Positions 54,083 through 64,000 of a stretch of 64,000 bases of DNA are shown here, piece by piece (position 1 is the stretch's first letter; each line of letters begins with the position of its first letter). The notes under the pieces are model-generated. The model did no database searches. It saw only the letters and a program-made list of their open reading frames with translations, and was not told the DNA's origin. Source of the DNA: an uncultured bacterium (GTDB lineage: Bacteria; Patescibacteriota; Minisyncoccia; UBA6257; 2-01-FULL-56-20); assembly GCA_963719425.1 (NCBI GenBank), contig OY970382.1:7888-71887 (forward strand), read 5' to 3'. Both the position numbers and the translations under genes were made by a program.

Positions 54083-56110
54083 ATGCCAGATATCGTTCCG
54101 CCGCCGCGCAAAGACGAGGAAATTCGTCCCAGCGACCTTGTGAAAGTTATCAAACAGGAACCTAAAGACGAGGCGTTGGAGAAAGAAAGTCTGCTGCCCC
54201 GCAGGCCTCGCCTCCCCAAAGGTATCGTATGGGGGATTGCGGGGCTTGTCGTGCTTTTTGTTGGCGGCTCAATTGTTTCTTTTTACCTCATCCGCGCCAA
54301 GGTGGCCTCTTCGTTTTCCACAAGCCTTGGGACGCTTCGCTTGGGAGTGGAAGATCTTCAAAATTTTGATCCCCAGTCTGCCGCACAGAAATTTTCTTCT
54401 TTGCGGGATCTTCCCTCGGGCAATCTTGGCGCCGCAGTGAAAACATTCGGGTCTCTTTTGGGGGGAGGAGGCGGCGCCATCACGTCGCTCGTCAATCTTT
54501 CCAATCAGCTCACGCTTTTTGCGCAAGAGGTGAGCGACGTGGCGTCAAGCTCGTACGGGTTTTTTACGACCGGTGAGGGAGGGCCTTTCGTTGCTGACCT
54601 TGGCCGTATACGCGATACGTTAGGTACGATTGATGCCGCAAGCGATCAACTAACGGGCACGGCATCGTTGTTCGGAGGGCTTTCCTCGTTCGGGGGCAAC
54701 GATTTTTATCTTTCGCTCAAGACGCAGGTTGAGAGTGCAAAGAACGCGCTGGACGTTCTTTTGCCTTGGCTCTCCGATCCGCGTCCCCATCATTTCCTTG
54801 TGCTTTTGGAAAATCCTTCGGAGATGCGTCCCGCGGGAGGATTTCTTGGAAGCTATGCGGATGTTACGATTGCGAGCGGCACCATAACCGACATCGCCGT
54901 TCATGATATTGCGGACGTTGACGCGGCATTCAATCGCAACATTATTCCTCCGAAGCCGCTGCAGCTTGAGGTGACAAGATGGCGGCCGGCAGATGCGAAC
55001 TGGTTTTTTGATTTCCCCACCTCTGCCTCAAAAACCATCGCTTTTTTTGAGGGATCGGCCCTTTACGCAAATACTTCCACGACGTTTGATGGCGCCGTTG
55101 CGATCTCGCCGAAGGTGATCGGGGATCTCTTGGCCGTCACGGGTCCGATTGTGACCGGGAAACCGACGACGACCTTCACGGCGGATAATTTCCTCATTCA
55201 GGTTCAAAAGATCGTTCAAAGCGGTCAGTCGTCGTCCGCCACCTATCCCAAGCAGGTCATCGGCGATCTTTCAAAAGCGATTTTCGCAGCGCTTGCTTCT
55301 TCAACTGCGGATGGGCACGATGCCTTGTTCGCTGCGGCGCTTGATTGGATAACAAAGAAAGACGTGATGGTGTATTTCAAAGATCCGGCGATGGAAGCCG
55401 TTGCGGACGCGAACGGCGCTTCGGGTGCGGTGTATGCACTGCCACAGAAATTCAACGGCGATTACCTTGCGGTCGTGGATGCAAACATAAACGGTGGGAA
55501 ATCGGACTTATATGTTTCAAGCACGGTCACCTATACTGCGCAAATCAATCCGGACGGCACGATGACAGGACACCTTGTCGTAACGCGGAAGCACAACGGT
55601 GTGAAAAGCCCGTATTCATGGTACCGGGCGACGAACCAGGATTACGTGCAGATTTTCGTTCCTGAGGGCACGACGCTCGCGAATGTTTCCGGCACCGTTT
55701 TGAAGAAAATTACGCCGCCGATCAACTACGCAAAAAAGGGGTACGAAGCCGATCCCACCGTTTCTACGATTGAATCAACGGAGCAGACTCTCTTTGCGTA
55801 TCCGGGCGTCGCGTGGCACGAGGAGTCCGGGAAGAAAGTGTTTACGACGTGGTCCGTCGTGAAGGCAGGGGCTTCCACGCAGTTCTCACTTGACTACGCG
55901 CACTCTTTGCCCCTTCCTCCCGCGGAGGGCGTGGCATACCAGTTTGTTTTTGAAAAACAGGCGGGCACGCATAGATCGTATGAGTATGATGTTGACGCGC
56001 CGCTTGGCTATGTCTTTGTTGAAAACGGCGGCCTTGCGACGTATTCGTATCAGTCCGGCGATCCGCCCGGGCGGCTCATCTTCAATTTGACGTTGCAGAA
56101 ACTTCAATAG
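54083..56110 (+). CDS. DUF4012-like membrane-anchored protein
   Basis: LLENPSEMRPAGGFLGS, DANWFFDFPTSA, DANINGGKSD, KQAG. Confidence 0.75.
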   Translation: MPDIVPPPRKDEEIRPSDLVKVIKQEPKDEALEKESLLPRRPRLPKGIVWGIAGLVVLFVGGSIVSFYLIRAKVASSFSTSLGTLRLGVEDLQNFDPQSAAQKFSSLRDLPSGNLGAAVKTFGSLLGGGGGAITSLVNLSNQLTLFAQEVSDVASSSYGFFTTGEGGPFVADLGRIRDTLGTIDAASDQLTGTASLFGGLSSFGGNDFYLSLKTQVESAKNALDVLLPWLSDPRPHHFLVLLENPSEMRPAGGFLGSYADVTIASGTITDIAVHDIADVDAAFNRNIIPPKPLQLEVTRWRPADANWFFDFPTSASKTIAFFEGSALYANTSTTFDGAVAISPKVIGDLLAVTGPIVTGKPTTTFTADNFLIQVQKIVQSGQSSSATYPKQVIGDLSKAIFAALASSTADGHDALFAAALDWITKKDVMVYFKDPAMEAVADANGASGAVYALPQKFNGDYLAVVDANINGGKSDLYVSSTVTYTAQINPDGTMTGHLVVTRKHNGVKSPYSWYRATNQDYVQIFVPEGTTLANVSGTVLKKITPPINYAKKGYEADPTVSTIESTEQTLFAYPGVAWHEESGKKVFTTWSVVKAGASTQFSLDYAHSLPLPPAEGVAYQFVFEKQAGTHRSYEYDVDAPLGYVFVENGGLATYSYQSGDPPGRLIFNLTLQKLQ

Positions 56111-56133
56111 GGAAACCGCGATGGCATAAATCT

Positions 56134-57996
56134 GTGAATAATATTCGAAACTTTGTTATCATCGCCCATATTGATGCCGGGAAGTCCACGCTTGCTGACC
56201 GTTTTTTGGAGATCACGGGGACGGTGCCCCTGCGCTCCATGCGCGCACAGTATCTGGATCGCTTGCCTTTGGAGCGCGAGCGGGGAATTACGATCAAGAT
56301 GGCGCCGGTGCGGATGCGGTACCAGCCCAGCACCACTTTTGCTGACGAAAGTGGTGCTGGGCGGATGGGCGGCGAGGAATATATTTTGAATCTGATTGAC
56401 ACGCCGGGACACTCGGATTTTTCGTATGAGGTTTCTCGCGCGCTCGCGGCGGTGGAAGGGGCGATACTTTTGATTGACGGTACCAGGGGAATCCAGGCGC
56501 AGACGCTGTCCAATTTGCGCGCGGCGCAGAACGCGGGACTCGCGATTATCCCCGCCGTGAACAAGATTGACCTCGCGTTGCCGCAGATTGAAAGGATAGT
56601 GGAATCGGTCGCCGAACTTTTGCATATGCCGAAGGAGGGCGTGCGCCGGGTTTCCGCAAAGACCGGCGAAGGCGTGAGGGAATTATTGGACACGGTAGTG
56701 CGGGAAGTGCCGCCCCCTCGCGACGTTCCCGCGGATGCAAAACCCTCTCTGAACGCGAACCGCGGTGCCCATGGCGTCGGAAAAGCTCTTATCTTTGATT
56801 CGCTCTATGATGATCACAAGGGCATCATCGCTTTCATACGCGTGTTCGGTGGCGAGTTCAAAACCGAGCATATGCGGTTTATGGCAACAGGCGTTGCATT
56901 CAAACCGAAGGAGGTGGGTTATTTTACGCCGGACCCCGTGGCATCGCCTGCGGTCATAAACGGCGAGATCGGCTATCTTGCGACGGGGCTCAAGGAGCCG
57001 TCGCGCGTGAAAATCGGGGACACGGTGCTTGCAACCCATCACGGAAAAGGGGAGGCCGTCGCTGATGCGTTGCCCGGCTATCGTGAACCGGCGCCTGTCG
57101 TTTTCATTTCGTTTTATCCCGACCATGACACGAAGTTTGACGATCTCAAACGCGCGTTTGAAAAGTTGCGACTGAACGATGCAGCGCTTTCTTTTGAGCC
57201 GGATGCCAACGAGGCGCTTGGCCGCGGCCTCAAGGTTGGTTTCCTTGGACAACTTCATTTTGAGATCATTGCGAGCCGCTTGGAACGGGAATATAACCTG
57301 CAATTTTTAACGAGTTTTCCTACGATTGCGTACCGCGTACAGGATCACGGCGTGGTGCGCGTGATCAAGCAACCGCAGGATTTTCCGGACAAGCCGGAGA
57401 AAGTGTGGGAGCCCTTCGTTCACTTGGAAATCCTCACGCCGCAGAAATATTTGAGTGCGGTTGTGAATTTACAAACTGTGTTTGATGTTGAAATTTCCCA
57501 GGTCAAAAATATCGGTGAGAATCTTTTGATTGAGGGGAAAATTCCGCTTCGCGAGCTGATTCGCGACTTTGATGACCGCCTGAAATCAGCCTCGCAGGGA
57601 TATGCATCGTTCACCTACGAGCTTGCCGGGGAACAGGAAGCAGAGGTGGAGAAATTGGAAATTTTAGTTGTGGACGAAGTGGTGCCTGCACTCACGCGCC
57701 TCGTTCCCAAGAAAGATCTTGAGCGCGAAGGAAGACAGACCGTGGAGCGGCTGAAGGAACTTTTGCCGAAGGAGCAGTTCGCGCAGGCGATCCAGGCAAA
57801 GGCGCTCGGCCGCATCATCGCGCGCGAAACGATTCCGGCGATGAAGAAATTATTGGGCAATTTCGGGAAGACTGGCGGCGACCGCACGCGGAAGATGAAG
57901 CTGTGGCGGAAACAGCGGCGCGGGAAGGAAAAACTGCAGAGCATGGCCCGGGTGGAGCTCGCGCCGGAGGTGTTTCGGGAGATACTAAAAAAGTAA
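56134..57996 (+). CDS. lepA: Elongation factor 4 (LepA)
   Basis: IRNFVIIAHIDAGKSTLADR, ERERGITIK, LNLIDTPGH, GFLG.LH, GGD.TRK.KL. Confidence 0.95.
   Translation: MNNIRNFVIIAHIDAGKSTLADRFLEITGTVPLRSMRAQYLDRLPLERERGITIKMAPVRMRYQPSTTFADESGAGRMGGEEYILNLIDTPGHSDFSYEVSRALAAVEGAILLIDGTRGIQAQTLSNLRAAQNAGLAIIPAVNKIDLALPQIERIVESVAELLHMPKEGVRRVSAKTGEGVRELLDTVVREVPPPRDVPADAKPSLNANRGAHGVGKALIFDSLYDDHKGIIAFIRVFGGEFKTEHMRFMATGVAFKPKEVGYFTPDPVASPAVINGEIGYLATGLKEPSRVKIGDTVLATHHGKGEAVADALPGYREPAPVVFISFYPDHDTKFDDLKRAFEKLRLNDAALSFEPDANEALGRGLKVGFLGQLHFEIIASRLEREYNLQFLTSFPTIAYRVQDHGVVRVIKQPQDFPDKPEKVWEPFVHLEILTPQKYLSAVVNLQTVFDVEISQVKNIGENLLIEGKIPLRELIRDFDDRLKSASQGYASFTYELAGEQEAEVEKLEILVVDEVVPALTRLVPKKDLEREGRQTVERLKELLPKEQFAQAIQAKALGRIIARETIPAMKKLLGNFGKTGGDRTRKMKLWRKQRRGKEKLQSMARVELAPEVFREILKK
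56325..56362. repeat. Intragenic palindrome in lepA
   Basis: 15-bp perfect arms gcccagcaccacttt/aaagtggtgctgggc. Confidence 0.88.
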
Positions 57997-57997
57997 C

Positions 57998-58030
57998 ACA
58001 AGACGGCAGCTGTCTTGTATGTTTCTTTTT
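57998..58030 (+). terminator. Terminator-like hairpin after lepA
   Basis: acaagac-ggcagct-gtcttgt followed by a T-rich tract. Confidence 0.5.
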
Positions 58031-58049
58031 GAGAATCTAAACTGAAGCT

Positions 58050-58343
58050 ATGAAGATTGCAGGCGCCGTCGTGCTCCTCGTTGTTCTTGTGCTTGTGGGC
58101 GTACGGGTGTACTCGTTTTTTGCGCAAGAGAAGCAGTTGGGCCAGGAGCTCGCCGACATAGAAACGCGGCTTACAAAGGCGCAATACGACGAGGCAAGCT
58201 TACAGTCGGAGGTGCAGTACCTTGCAAATCCACTCAATTTGGAAAAGGAATTGCGCGCGCGGTTCAACTATAAAAAACCGGGCGAGACGATGATCATCAT
58301 CGTGCCCGCGCAAACTTCCACTGCGGCCACAACCACAGATTAA
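58050..58343 (+). CDS. Septum formation initiator (FtsB/DivIC-like)
   Basis: TM helix, coiled coil and LEKELRARFNYKKPGE. Confidence 0.78.
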   Translation: MKIAGAVVLLVVLVLVGVRVYSFFAQEKQLGQELADIETRLTKAQYDEASLQSEVQYLANPLNLEKELRARFNYKKPGETMIIIVPAQTSTAATTTD

Positions 58344-58352
58344 AAAAAGAGT

Positions 58353-58994
58353 ATGAAGGTTGATGCCGAAGAACTTATACGCGATCTGATTGTGGAAGGA
58401 TATTTGAAAACGCCGGCGCTCATCAAGGCGTTCCGGGCGATTGACCGCAAGGATTTCGTGTTGCCGGAATATGCCGGGGAGGCGTACGGAAATTATCCGT
58501 TGCCGATTGGATTCGGACAGACAATTTCCCAACCGCTCACAGTCGCGTTCATGCTGGAACTCCTCGCATCGCGCGCGGGAGAAAGTATTTTGGACATCGG
58601 CTCGGGCTCGGGGTGGCAGACCGCGCTTTTGGCGTACGTGGTGAGCGGGGGAGGAAATGCGCGTGGCCGCGTGGTGGCAATAGAGCGGATCCCCGAGCTC
58701 CAAGCGATGACCGAGCGCAACGTGGAGAAATACGGTTTCGTAACGCACGGCATTGTGCGTGCGGTACTCGGCGACGGTTCAAAGGGATATGCCGCGGACG
58801 CGCCGTATGATAAGATCATTGCCGCGGCGGCGGGGGAGGAAATTCCTGCCGCGTGGAGAGAGCAACTCCGGCCGGGCGGGAGGATTGTGGCGCCCGTAAG
58901 GGATAGCGTCGTCGCGGTGGATAAGGCCGCCAAGGGAGATTTCAAAATACGGGAATATCACGGATTCAGCTTCGTGCCGCTCGTTGAAGATTGA
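58353..58994 (+). CDS. pcm: Protein-L-isoaspartate O-methyltransferase
   Basis: PLPIGFGQTISQP, LDIGSGSGWQTA, APYDKII, FVPLV. Confidence 0.93.
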   Translation: MKVDAEELIRDLIVEGYLKTPALIKAFRAIDRKDFVLPEYAGEAYGNYPLPIGFGQTISQPLTVAFMLELLASRAGESILDIGSGSGWQTALLAYVVSGGGNARGRVVAIERIPELQAMTERNVEKYGFVTHGIVRAVLGDGSKGYAADAPYDKIIAAAAGEEIPAAWREQLRPGGRIVAPVRDSVVAVDKAAKGDFKIREYHGFSFVPLVED

Positions 58995-59022
58995 GCGTTC
59001 GCGATGGTACAATGCTTACGTC

Positions 59023-59093
59023 GCGGGTGTAGTACAGTGGCAGTACGGTAGCTTCCCAAGCTATAGACGAGGGTTCGATTCCCTTCACCCGCT
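59023..59093 (+). tRNA. tRNA-Gly(CCC)
   Basis: gcgggtg/cacccgc-T, gtagc-ttCCCaa-gctat, gagggttcgattccctt. Confidence 0.93.
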
Positions 59094-59132
59094 CCGGCGA
59101 CTGAGCGATGTTAGAATCTGTCTGGTGTGGGA

Positions 59133-60800
59133 TTAGACTACCTCTGCCTGATAGCACTGCTCGCAGTAGACGATTTCGGGTCTCTCCGGCGCAAAGTTTG
59201 TTTTGACATCTTTTCCGCACCGACTGCACCGACGACCATAGAGGGTAAACGGTCCCCGTTTCTTGATTCTCGCCATATGACGGCAGTTGAAACATTTTCG
59301 TGGTATTGGGATAAAAAGCCGCTTATAGAGGAGTAGCTCCTGCGGAATGATGCGGTAGTTTCTACCACACTCCGCACACGCAAAAACTTCTTTGGTGATA
59401 GATTCGGAAACATCACGGATATGGTCCGGGATTTTTTCGAGTAGCATAGTCTCCTTTCCCTTTGTCGTTTGCACATCGTCCTGCCACCCAAGTCCCTGTG
59501 CGAGCGTTTCTTCTTTAGTCATAGGTAAATTGTCTTGCCCGATCGTTTCGTTATAGGCGAAGAGACCAACCTGCGGAGGCAACGGGAGGCCATAGCCATT
59601 CTTTTCTTTTAACTCTTTAATAATGTGTTCTCTGATGCGCTTATATTCCGTCTCTGGATATTTCTTGTTTAGTACGCAAAATTCTGCATTTTTGAGCCCG
59701 TCGCAACCGATGCAGTTATTGCATGTATTTAGTCCGAGTGAGTAGTCAATATCGTGACTAGCAGAGATGAGGGCAGATCCAATAACGCGATTGGAATATC
59801 CTACCGCCGCATCGGCGAGCAACAATTCGCTGTTGAATCCATATCCGGTGGTATCGTAGGAACCCTTCGTATTTTTGTTGAAAAAGGCATATTTGCAATC
59901 TTCGCAGTTCGCATCCTCAAATGAATACTTCACGTTTTTTGATTCGGTAAGATAATCGCCGATGCAGTTGACCGATTTCAAATTCTGATTCTCGCGCTGC
60001 GGAAATTGTAGCGCGAATTGCTCAAAGCGCCGCTCAGCTTCTTTCATCTTGGAGTAACTTCCCAAGATCCCATGTACCCTCCTTTCGTATTCTTCCTTGG
60101 AAAGTTGTTCGTTGAAGAAGCGGTATTTTTGATTGCGTAAATTCATACACCCGAAGCAATAGGTGCACCCGCTACAGTTCGCAATATAGGCGCAGTCAAT
60201 GTTTCCGCTTATGTTTTGCCCGTGATACACGCGCGAGGAATGATGGCCGTTGATGCATTCGTAGCAATCCTCCAAAAACGTTGCGTAGTAGAGGTCCGAA
60301 ACATATTTGCAATGCCGCATACCGCGAGAGTAGAGCACCTCTTCTCCTTCGCCGGAGTTAAAGACGAGGTAGCAGTTTTTTTCATATGGCCCGGCGTAAT
60401 TGATGTACTCGCTGTTTACGTTAGTGGGGCTGTGGGTGATGTAGAGGGCTTGCTTCGGAGTTTTTCTGAAAAGTTCTCCGAGCTGCTCAAAGAATGGCTT
60501 TTTGAGATCGAAATCGACGTTGAATGAGAATCGGTCCCAGTTGTCTGAATCAAAGCACTTCGTGCAGTAAGCCGTATATGGTGATCGGGGGTTATACGCG
60601 GAAACGATGGTTTTCCCGCATAGGCCGCATTTGGAGTTGTATAAAGTACGTTCGTTGCGATAGAGCGCTCGCCATTTGAAGCGACAGTTCGGACAGATGC
60701 TTGGAGGTTGAGCCCCCATCTTCTTGTAAAAATCAAAATCTTCCGGTTCAATCGTGAACTGGTTTTTGCAATTCCGGCATGCCCGCGTTTCTTGCTCCAT
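59133..60800 (-). CDS. Cys-rich zinc-ribbon hypothetical protein of a type common in CPR
   Basis: Many CxxC pairs, C..CFGC.NL repeats and a C-terminal YCEQCY; AT-richer than flanks. Confidence 0.8.
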   Translation of the reverse strand: MEQETRACRNCKNQFTIEPEDFDFYKKMGAQPPSICPNCRFKWRALYRNERTLYNSKCGLCGKTIVSAYNPRSPYTAYCTKCFDSDNWDRFSFNVDFDLKKPFFEQLGELFRKTPKQALYITHSPTNVNSEYINYAGPYEKNCYLVFNSGEGEEVLYSRGMRHCKYVSDLYYATFLEDCYECINGHHSSRVYHGQNISGNIDCAYIANCSGCTYCFGCMNLRNQKYRFFNEQLSKEEYERRVHGILGSYSKMKEAERRFEQFALQFPQRENQNLKSVNCIGDYLTESKNVKYSFEDANCEDCKYAFFNKNTKGSYDTTGYGFNSELLLADAAVGYSNRVIGSALISASHDIDYSLGLNTCNNCIGCDGLKNAEFCVLNKKYPETEYKRIREHIIKELKEKNGYGLPLPPQVGLFAYNETIGQDNLPMTKEETLAQGLGWQDDVQTTKGKETMLLEKIPDHIRDVSESITKEVFACAECGRNYRIIPQELLLYKRLFIPIPRKCFNCRHMARIKKRGPFTLYGRRCSRCGKDVKTNFAPERPEIVYCEQCYQAEVV

Positions 60801-60894
60801 TACTCTCATTCTATCAGAACGAGAAAGGCTACACGTCTCTCGGTCTGTCCGATACTAAAAACGGTTGTTCCGCGCCCCGCTCCAGCAGTCGTTG

Positions 60895-61665
60895 CTACTC
60901 CTTCTTCTTGAACAAGCTCACTACGAAAAGCGCGGCAGCCGTGACGACGATCGTGGGTCCTTGGTCAAGGCCGTACTGGGCGGAGATGTAAAATCCGATG
61001 AGCATTGCGGTGATGGAAAGCGCCATGGAGGTCAGAAGGAACATGCCGAGCGAATGGGTAAACTGGCGTGCGGCGGAGGCGGGAATGATGATGAGGGAGC
61101 CCACAAGCAGTGCGCCGAGGAAGCGCAGCGAAACGAGGATGGCAAGGCCGAAGATGAGCAAGAACCAAAGATTCACGGTATTCACGTTGATGCCGGCGGA
61201 GGCGGCGAGCTCCGGGGAAAAGAGGGCGATGATCAGTTTATTGCGCAGCACCCAGAGCGTCCCGATGACGATTATGCTCACTGCCATCCCGAAGATAAAT
61301 CCGCCAGTCGTGAGATTTCCGAATCCACCAAAGAGCGCGTCCACAAGGTCTTCGGTGGAATGGATAAGAAGCGCGCCGAGCGCAACGGAGGAAGCGAAAA
61401 TGACGCCGATCGCGGCCTCAGCGGAAAGTTCGGTGGATTTTTGAAGATGCCAGATAAGGAGGATGCCTATGAGGAGCGTGAGGCCGCCGCCCGCGAGCGG
61501 ATTGATTTTCCAGACGATGGCAAGGCCGAGACCGGGAATTGCGATGTGCGACATCACGTCGCCCGCGAGGATTGTCCGCTTCATCAGTGCGAAGGCGCCG
61601 ACGAGGCCTGCGGCTGCTGCAGCAAAAATGGCGAGCGTGACGGAGTAGATATCAGTGAGGGTCAT
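60895..61665 (-). CDS. znuB: Zn/Mn ABC transporter permease
   Basis: GDVMSHIAIPG, LFG, GALLV.SL.IIP...AR, GPTIV. Confidence 0.85.
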   Translation of the reverse strand: MTLTDIYSVTLAIFAAAAAGLVGAFALMKRTILAGDVMSHIAIPGLGLAIVWKINPLAGGGLTLLIGILLIWHLQKSTELSAEAAIGVIFASSVALGALLIHSTEDLVDALFGGFGNLTTGGFIFGMAVSIIVIGTLWVLRNKLIIALFSPELAASAGINVNTVNLWFLLIFGLAILVSLRFLGALLVGSLIIIPASAARQFTHSLGMFLLTSMALSITAMLIGFYISAQYGLDQGPTIVVTAAALFVVSLFKKKE

Positions 61666-62362
61666 GGAGGTGATGGAAGTGGTGGAAATATTTGTGCGGC
61701 CCATAAAGTTTTTCCAAAACATCTTTAGTAAGCGCTTCGTCGGGCGGGCCGAAACAGAGGGCGGAGGTGTGGAGGCAAAGCACTTTCGTGGCGTATTGAT
61801 ACACGAAGTTGAGGTCATGCGAAACGAGAATGGTCGTCATGTCATATTGGTCCTGAAGGCGGTGGACGAGTTCGTAAACTTGCTCTTCGCCGGCTTCGTC
61901 AATACTCGCGGTCGGTTCGTCCAAGAGCAGCACGCTCGGCTTTCCCAAAAGCGCGAAGGCGATAAGCGCGCGCTGGAACTGTCCGCCCGAAAGGTGCCCC
62001 ACGGGCGTTTCAAGTATTTTTTTTGTGATGCCGACGGCATCCGCAACGGCGCCCGCTTCGGTTTTTGCGAGCCGAAGCGTTGCCGATTTTGCTGCAAGGA
62101 GATTGTGAAAGTTGATTGGGAGGTGGCGATCAGCATCTATTTTTTGCGGCACATAGCCCACATGCGTCTCATTGGTCCAAGAGATTTCACCGCGATAAGG
62201 AATCATGCCAAGAAGCGCGCGTAGAAGCACGCTTTTGCCCGCCCCGTTAAGGCCGATGACCGCGAGCGCATCCCCCTTTTCAAGTTTAAAACTGACATCC
62301 CGCAGCGCGGTTTTCCCGCCAAACGTTACGCTCAAGTCGGAAACGGTAAGCATATCTGCCAT
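61652..62362 (-). CDS. znuC: Zn/Mn ABC transporter ATPase
   Basis: GLNGAGKS, GYVPQ, LSGGQFQR, LLDEPT, VSHD and a His-rich tail. Confidence 0.88.
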   Translation of the reverse strand: MADMLTVSDLSVTFGGKTALRDVSFKLEKGDALAVIGLNGAGKSVLLRALLGMIPYRGEISWTNETHVGYVPQKIDADRHLPINFHNLLAAKSATLRLAKTEAGAVADAVGITKKILETPVGHLSGGQFQRALIAFALLGKPSVLLLDEPTASIDEAGEEQVYELVHRLQDQYDMTTILVSHDLNFVYQYATKVLCLHTSALCFGPPDEALTKDVLEKLYGPHKYFHHFHHLHDPH

Positions 62363-62428
62363 TGTGAGTATTGTAGCGTAGCGGCGGCGGACGGGGAAGA
62401 GACCAGACCGGAATGATAGAATGAAGGT

Positions 62429-64000
62429 ATGCGGCGGCCGTCTAAAGGAAAACTTCAGAACCGGATTTTCCTCGTGATCTTGATCGGGCTTGTTCCTATC
62501 GCGGTCGCGGTGGGGCTGGGTATCTATGCCGTGCAGAGTTCGCACCGAGAGGATGTGGCGCGGCTTGAATCGGCAGTGCTTACGGAAAAAGCACAGGAAG
62601 TAGAGAATTATGTAAACGAGGACATCTTGAGCCATCCGCGGATCATATCGCCCCAAGGGACGAACATTGAACAATCAACGGCGACGCAGGAATTCGCCCT
62701 CAGCCAAACCATGAATGTGCTCACCTTTTTGAACGCGGAATCTTTTGTCAATTTGAACGGAGAGGAATCGGTGCGCCTTGATCGTACGCATCCCGACGGC
62801 TATCCCGCGGATGCGTTGCGCGATATGAGCGCCACGCCGGAGTTCCATGCCGCCCGCGCTGGCAACTACTATATTGGTCCCGTTTCGTACGCTTCGTCCA
62901 CGCCCGTGGTCACTTTTTCGTCTCCTGTGGAAGATGACGCAAAGAATGTAACGGGGGTGATAGTGGGAGAAGCGAACCTTATGGAGCTGCAGACGATCGT
63001 GGCGGGAGCAAAGATTGGGACCACCGGATACCTATATCTTGTAGATGGACAAGGGAACATAATCGGCGGGGGAGGGCCGATGAGCGGAACAATAGGGCAA
63101 GAGCCGGCCGCGAACGGAATCATTTTCCCGACGGTTCAAGCGGCGCTCGCCAAGGAAGATCTCCTTACCGCCGCTACACAAGCGACCTATAAAAACATTA
63201 CAGGAGAAACAGTGGTCGCCGCGGAGAAATATATTCCGGAATTCGGCTGGGGGCTCGTCGTGGAGTGGCCGACAAGCGAGGCGAACGCCGTGATCAACAC
63301 GCTTTTCTTCCGCAACGCCATCACGTTTGCCATCGTACTGCTCATCGCATTCGCCGCGTCGCTCTTCCTCGCCGCATACGTGGTGCGTCCGGTGCGGAAG
63401 TTGCAGGAGGGCGCGGCGCGGGTGGCGCAGGGAAAATTTGATGAGGGGGTTTACATCGCAACTGGCGACGAATTGGAAGCTCTCGGCGACTCGTTCAATA
63501 ACATGGTGCAAGGACTGAAGCAGTTGGAACAGTTGAAAGATGAGTTCGTTTTCGTTGCGGCGCACGAGCTGCGGACCCCGGTGGCCGCTATGAAGGGATA
63601 TCTGTCCCTTATTCTTGATGGGACGACGGGCGCCATCACCGACGGGACCAAAGCATATGTGGAGAAAGTGATCGCATCAGACAACCGCCTCGTCCAGTTG
63701 GTGAACGACCTTCTTGAAGTTGCCCGTTCAGAGGCGGGCCGGCTCACGATCAAGGTGTCGCCAATTGACGTGGCACCGCTCGTCCGCGCCGTGCTTGATG
63801 AGCTGAAGTCCCTCGCCGACGAGAAGTCGGTGAAGATGGTCTACGAACCGCCCGCAGACCTGCCGAAGGCGATGGGCGACGCGGACCACGTGAAGGAGGT
63901 GATGGTCAATCTCGTAGGCAATGCGATCAAATACATGGGCGGTGCGGGGACGGTGACCGTCTCGCATGAGGCGAAGGATGGCAGGCTTATAACGCACGTC
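62429..64000 (+). CDS. Sensor histidine kinase (Cache-like, HAMP, HisKA, HATPase), truncated by the window end
   Basis: This open frame is missing from the supplied ORF track. It reads MRRPSKGKLQNRIFLVILIGLVP..., TGDELEALGDSFNNM, AAHELRTP, VMVNLVGNAIKY. Confidence 0.88.
   Translation, partial: MRRPSKGKLQNRIFLVILIGLVPIAVAVGLGIYAVQSSHREDVARLESAVLTEKAQEVENYVNEDILSHPRIISPQGTNIEQSTATQEFALSQTMNVLTFLNAESFVNLNGEESVRLDRTHPDGYPADALRDMSATPEFHAARAGNYYIGPVSYASSTPVVTFSSPVEDDAKNVTGVIVGEANLMELQTIVAGAKIGTTGYLYLVDGQGNIIGGGGPMSGTIGQEPAANGIIFPTVQAALAKEDLLTAATQATYKNITGETVVAAEKYIPEFGWGLVVEWPTSEANAVINTLFFRNAITFAIVLLIAFAASLFLAAYVVRPVRKLQEGAARVAQGKFDEGVYIATGDELEALGDSFNNMVQGLKQLEQLKDEFVFVAAHELRTPVAAMKGYLSLILDGTTGAITDGTKAYVEKVIASDNRLVQLVNDLLEVARSEAGRLTIKVSPIDVAPLVRAVLDELKSLADEKSVKMVYEPPADLPKAMGDADHVKEVMVNLVGNAIKYMGGAGTVTVSHEAKDGRLITHV

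Overview
This is a bacterial genomic window, most likely Patescibacteria/CPR (Parcubacteria-like). The assignment is inferred from the fused rpoB-rpoC, the single-chain PheRS, the intron-rich 23S rRNA with no adjacent 16S, rplK without rplA, and near-leaderless gene starts. It carries a type IV pilus cluster, many translation and cell-wall housekeeping genes, seven tRNA or tRNA-like genes, and a 23S-5S rRNA unit with three group I introns (one encoding a LAGLIDADG endonuclease). Four things stand out. (1) A ~375-nt intervening sequence in 23S helix 45 contains a complete tRNA-Lys(CTT) and a second tRNA-like gene with a 70-nt insert in its anticodon loop. (2) Five copies of a 33-bp motif (consensus AAAATCGTTCGAAGATCGTCCAGGCCCGTGCAC, resembling a tRNA 3' end) punctuate single AT-richer accessory genes like a cassette array, once inside the pilus cluster and once behind tRNA-Asp. 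No recombinase gene is visible in the window. (3) A short palindrome family is inserted in frame into ligA, murI and lepA. (4) Several long intergenic hairpins are present. All calls come from reading the sequence by eye; no database searches or folding programs were run.
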